This document shows, piece after piece, positions 59,701 to 64,000 of a stretch of 64,000 nucleotides of DNA (its first letter is position 1; each line of letters starts with the position of its first letter). Source of the DNA: Macrostomum lignano (lineage: Eukaryota); assembly GCA_002269645.1 (NCBI GenBank), contig NIVC01003749.1:1-64000 (forward strand), written 5' to 3'. The notes beneath the pieces were generated by a model, which was not told the DNA's origin, searched no databases, and worked only from the letters and a program-made list of their open reading frames with translations. The position numbers and the translations under genes are program-made.

Positions 59701-60750
59701 AGCCACTATGCTTGCACCAATACTCAACTCTTGACTTGTTCCAAATATTTGTCCTACATCAAAGTGACTATTCAGTATTTGGATTGTTAACTTTCCTGTT
59801 TTAATTCAAACAAAATCTTCAGTTAAGTAAATTTGATTCCAAATACTTCAAATATTTGTCCTTTCTGGGTTTATAATTGACTTAGAAAGAAAATAAAAAT
59901 CTGTATTTTATTGTTAACTTTGTTATACAAAGTAAAATAATTGTGCTAAAGTTTCAATTTTGCACCTATTCACAAGTCAGCTAGCAGTTGCACATGTATA
60001 TTTAATAAGTCATGTTATTTTTCAATTATTATAATCATATTTTTCCTAGAAAAAAAACCTATATGCATAATAAATAAAAACTTGTAATTAAATTATTTAA
60101 TTGAAAGATTTTAGATTAAGTATTATATTTATTCTTTTTTAATTAAAGTTAGGGCAAGATCCCAGTTCCAAAAATTTAGATTTTTCAAACCTTTTACTGT
60201 AATAAAAAAACTAGCAAAATAATTAGGAATATAAATTTAAACATACTTTGTGGTCCAGAAAGGTCTCCCGGATTACAAACAAAGTTTTCTCTACACTGGA
60301 TTGATGGATTGGGCTGAAACTTGACCTGCTTAAACTTTATTCTAAATATTTTTTGTCTAAAAATCTTAGCAATTGCTAAAAAATCATGAAATTACAGCAG
60401 TTTTTCTAAAAAACACCGTTTTTGTTAAATCAGTTGGGTTTTAGCACAATCTGATATGCAGCTGTAAGTCAGTGCTCCACATGATAACCTTTGATGTCGA
60501 TACAAGTCTGCAGGCACTTCTTAAAGCTATTATAAGGCTGTTGACCGCAAAGTCGACTGGTATATCCTGCATTACCTGCATTATCCGTGCCTTAAGCTCA
60601 TCCAGGCTGTCCACTAACTGTCGGTAGACATTGTCTTTTACCCATCCCCAGACACCATACATGCGCAACTTCTGAAATTACGCTGGCCGTGCGACTTAGT
60701 TTTCGATAAAAAATGCGACTTACCTATGAAAGAGCCAAGCAAAAACTTTA

Positions 60751-60822
60751 GGTAAACGGCAGGAGTAACTATGACTATTTTTTTAAAGCTAAATGCTTCG
60801 CCAGCTAATTAGTGCTGCGTGC
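60751..60822 (+). pseudogene. Degenerate about 70-nt 28S rRNA fragment spanning the R2/I-PpoI target site
   Basis: GGTAAACGGCAGGAGTAACTATGACT-ATTTTTTTAAAGCT-AAATGCTTCGCCAGCTAATTAGTG versus conserved 28S GGTAAACGGCGGGAGTAACTATGACT-CTCTTAAGGTAGCC-AAATGCCTCGTCATCTAATTAGTG. Confidence 0.75.
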
Positions 60823-62149
60823 AGATTCCGCGTTTTTATAACAGCTAATCAGTATGTCATCTAGTGGCGGCATGAAGCAATTAGTAAATTGTCAGTACAG
60901 TGTAGTGAGCATACTACAAAAGTCATGATTCATGAATGTCCAGAAGTAAGTGAAGTGAATACAGTGTGACCTATAGCTCAAGAACGATTTGGCATGGAAG
61001 ATGAGAGCCCTGATTCAGATGGCTCATCAGATGCAGAATACAAATCCAGTAGAGATACAAGCTGTGAAAACCCACAGATTTTTAAACCACTGAATTCTAA
61101 TTCCTGGAACTATTTTTGCATAGATTCTAAATTTGAAGTCATGCTCAAACAAAAACTTGTTAACAGTTAGGAAAAAGGCAAAGATGGGAGTAATGCATGT
61201 TAAACTAAGATTTGAGGCCTTTGCAAATTCTCTCCATTCCTCAATCTTCTCATCCTCTTTTTCTTTTCTCTCTCATCCCTTATCCCTTCTCTCTTTCCTC
61301 TCCTCTCCTATCTCTTCTGTCTTCTCTCTGCATTCTTATCTCTCCTCTCGTCTCTCTCCATTCCACTCTCTCTCTCATCTTATCTTCCCTCTCGTCTCTC
61401 TCCACTCTACTCTCTCATTATCTCTCCTCTCTTTTCTACTCTCTCATCTCTCCTCTCTTCACTCTCCTCTCATCTCCTCTTTATCCTCTCTTCTCTCATC
61501 TACTCTCTCCTCTTTCCTCTTTCCTCTCTTCTGATCTCATCCATCATCTTTTCTTTCCTCTTTCCTCTCATCTCCTCTTCTCTCTCATCTCTTTTTCCTC
61601 CCTCAGCTTTTCTCTCCTCTTCTATCTTTTCTCCCATCGCATCGCTCGCCTCTCCTCTGTTTGCTTATCTCTAATCTTCTATTCCCTCTACTTTGAAGTA
61701 AGAAAATATGCACATATTTTTGCTGAAGATAAGAGGAGAGAAGAGGGCATTGAGGAGAAAGGGTAGAGAGAAAGGGGGAGAAGAGAGGAGAGTAAAAATG
61801 AGAGGAGAGAGAAGAGGGAAAAGGGGGGAGAGAGAGAAGAGGGGAGGCAAGGTAGAGAAGAAGAGAGAGATGAGAGTTGAAGAGACACCAACCTTGCTAC
61901 TCGTAGTTAGGAAGTTTCAAAGAACCCGAGGGGCGAGGGCCAGATAGAGGGGCTTCGCGAGCCAGAGTTTGCCAACCCCTGCTCCAGAGTTTAAGAAATC
62001 AATGGGAAACTGTTGACGCGGGCTTCTGATTTCAAAGATCTTGTCTGTGGTTGAAGGCTTCTATTCTGTTTTTGCTCTCTTGCCACACTTGCACCTACTA
62101 CCCCCTGATTGCCTCTGATTGTGACTTACTTCCCTCTTATTGCGACTTA

Positions 62150-62780
62150 GTTGCTTCTTTTTGTGACTTACCTAATCCTTTTTGCGACTTACTTAATCCT
62201 TTTTGCGACTTACCTAATCCTTTTGCGACTTACCTAACCCTTTTGCGACTTACCTAATCCTTTTTGCGACTTACTTAATCCTTTTTGCGACTTACTTAAT
62301 CCTTTTGCGACTTACCTAACCCTTTGTGACTTACCTAATCCTTTTTGCGACTTACCTAATCCTTTTTGCGACTTACCTAATCCTTTTGCGACTTACCTAA
62401 CCCTTTTGCGACTTACCTAATCCTTTTTGCAACTTACTTAATCCTTTTTGCGACTTACTTAATCCTTTTGCGACTTACCTAACCCTTTGTGACTTACCTA
62501 ATCCTTTTTGCGACTTACCTAATCCTTTTTGCGACTTACCTAATCCTTTTGCGACTTACCTAATCCTTTTTGGGACTTACCTAATCCTTTTTGCGACTTA
62601 CCTAATCCTTTTTGCGACTTACCTAATCCTTTTTGCGACTTACCTAATCCTTTTTGCGACTTACCTAATCCTTTTTGGACTTACCTAATCCTTTTTGCGA
62701 CTTACCTAACCCTTTTGCGACTTACCTGATTCCTGTTGCGACTTACCTGATCCTTTTTGCGACTTACCTGATTATTTTTA
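62150..62780 (+). repeat. 20-22-bp minisatellite (TTTTTGCGACTTACCTAATCC)n
   Basis: Direct reading. Confidence 0.93.
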
Positions 62781-63514
62781 CAACTTAGTTTGCTTCTTTT
62801 GCGAATTGTTTTTCTTTTGCTTCACCATTTTCCCTGAACTGCTCTTTCTTTCGCTTTCCTCTTGCCTTTCTTGGTTCTTGTGTTTTTCTGTTTTTGGTTG
62901 ACTCAATTTTGCGACTTACCTCTGGTCAGCCACGATTTACGGTGGCCGGATCGGCCAGGTCGGCCAGCAGTTGCGCATGTATGCCAGACACTCACGACGC
63001 CATCACTGCTGGACCAACAGCGGACTCTTCAATTCATCCAGCCAGGATGCCATTTTAAATCTTTCAACAGGCGTGTAAGTCATAAAGCTGGAATGAAATG
63101 TGCACATCAGTAAGTGAAAAGTGTTTTTTATAAAAACTGCTGTAACTTCATGATTTTTTTAGCAATTGCTAAGTTTTTTAAACAAAAAAATATATTCAGA
63201 ATAAAGTTTAAGCAGGTCAAGTTTCAGCCCAATCCATCAATTCAGTGCAGAGAAAACTCTGTTTGTGGTCTGAGAGACCTTTCTGGACCACCCTGTACAA
63301 TAAATCTGTTCAACAGAACAGATAGATGTTTTAGTAACATTTTTTACTTTAATGGTTTTTTTTAAGAAAATTTAATCATCCTCTTGAAATAAAAATTAAT
63401 TTGCTATATTCTTTTTCAAATCTAGGTTTATTTAAAAGCTTAACTTCAATTCGCATTGCTTAGTTTCTACTTTCTTAGTAGTAAATTAATGACTTTAACA
63501 TCATAGTTCCACAG

Positions 63515-64000
63515 AATAGTAACTAAATCTCCTGTCATGTGTCATATTTCAAAGACAGGTTTGACGCCTGCAAAAACTGCATGGATGTCTAGGGCAGCTG
63601 CAGTAGTAACAACATCCTCATCATCTTCAACTGCTGCTAACTCAAATATTACTGATACAAAATCTGTGGCTAGTGTGTTTGAATTTGAGCCAACAGACAG
63701 TACTTCTTCTGTTGCCGTACACCGCCACATAAGCGGTTGCGCCGGCAGCAACACCGGAGGCTCCGCAGGCGGTAGTCAGGCAGGCAGTCCATTAAAGCCA
63801 AAAAAACGTTGGATTCGCGAATCATCGTCTTCTTCTACAACAGCAAACACGGAGGCCAATCCTGTTGCTGTTGGGTCAACTACAACAGGCTCAGTACTGC
63901 CTGGGGAACAGTGTTCTGCTTCTTCTTCTTCTAGTAGCAGGAAGCGCGGTTCGGGTTTTGTAGCCAACGAATCGCAGGCTAATCTCTCCGTAGCCATACC
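63515..64000 (+). CDS. Probable coding exon (Ser/Thr-rich, low complexity) of a gene continuing beyond the window
   Basis: Acceptor TTCCACAG at 63507-63514, then an uninterrupted plus-strand frame IVTKSPVMCHISK...SPLKPKKRWIRES...SRKRGSG to the window end; GC content higher than the flank. Confidence 0.6.

Larger units (their letters stand above)
60246..63295. mobile_element. Tc1/mariner-like relic with about 190-bp imperfect TIRs, TA flanks and transposase C-terminal remnants
   Basis: 60246-60420 is an imperfect reverse complement of 63120-63295 (end CAGGGTGGTCCAGAAAGGTCTC). TA at 60244-60245 and 63296-63297. ORF 60441-60668 reads WGWVKDNVY...LDELKARI, the DD34E/D C-terminus. Confidence 0.7.

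Noticed and set aside
63542-63997. Minus-strand ORFs 63542-63754 and 63776-63997
   Set aside because: Antisense shadows of the longer plus-strand frame.

Overview
Eukaryotic (intron-containing, metazoan) genomic DNA, very rich in tandem repeats. CCDC103 suggests motile cilia; a free-living flatworm-like host is only a guess. The standout is an 8.3-kb Polinton/Maverick (adintovirus-like) endogenous virus at 2718-11014 with a perfect 6-bp TSD (GTCCTT) and long TIRs. It carries rve integrase, major capsid, partial minor capsid, adenain protease, A32-like ATPase and core-protein genes, all on the minus strand, and no detectable protein-primed DNA polymerase. It also carries an apparently intact ORF that aligns by eye to both repeats of TATA-binding protein (TBP). 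Six exact copies of CTATAAATA sit on the coding strand, five shortly upstream of a gene start, suggesting an element-encoded transcription system. The element is inserted in a decayed R1/LOA-like LINE. Host genes: intronless FkbM-family methyltransferase, intronless GT32 glycosyltransferase (one frameshift), 3-exon TMEM106, a 19-exon anoctamin whose introns mostly hold private minisatellites, 2-exon CCDC103, and a Ser/Thr-rich exon running off the right edge. Also present: a decayed R2-superfamily retrotransposon, a Tc1/mariner-like relic containing a degenerate 28S rRNA fragment spanning the R2 target site, SINEs, MITEs and many satellites. All family assignments come from motif recognition by eye; no database searches were run.
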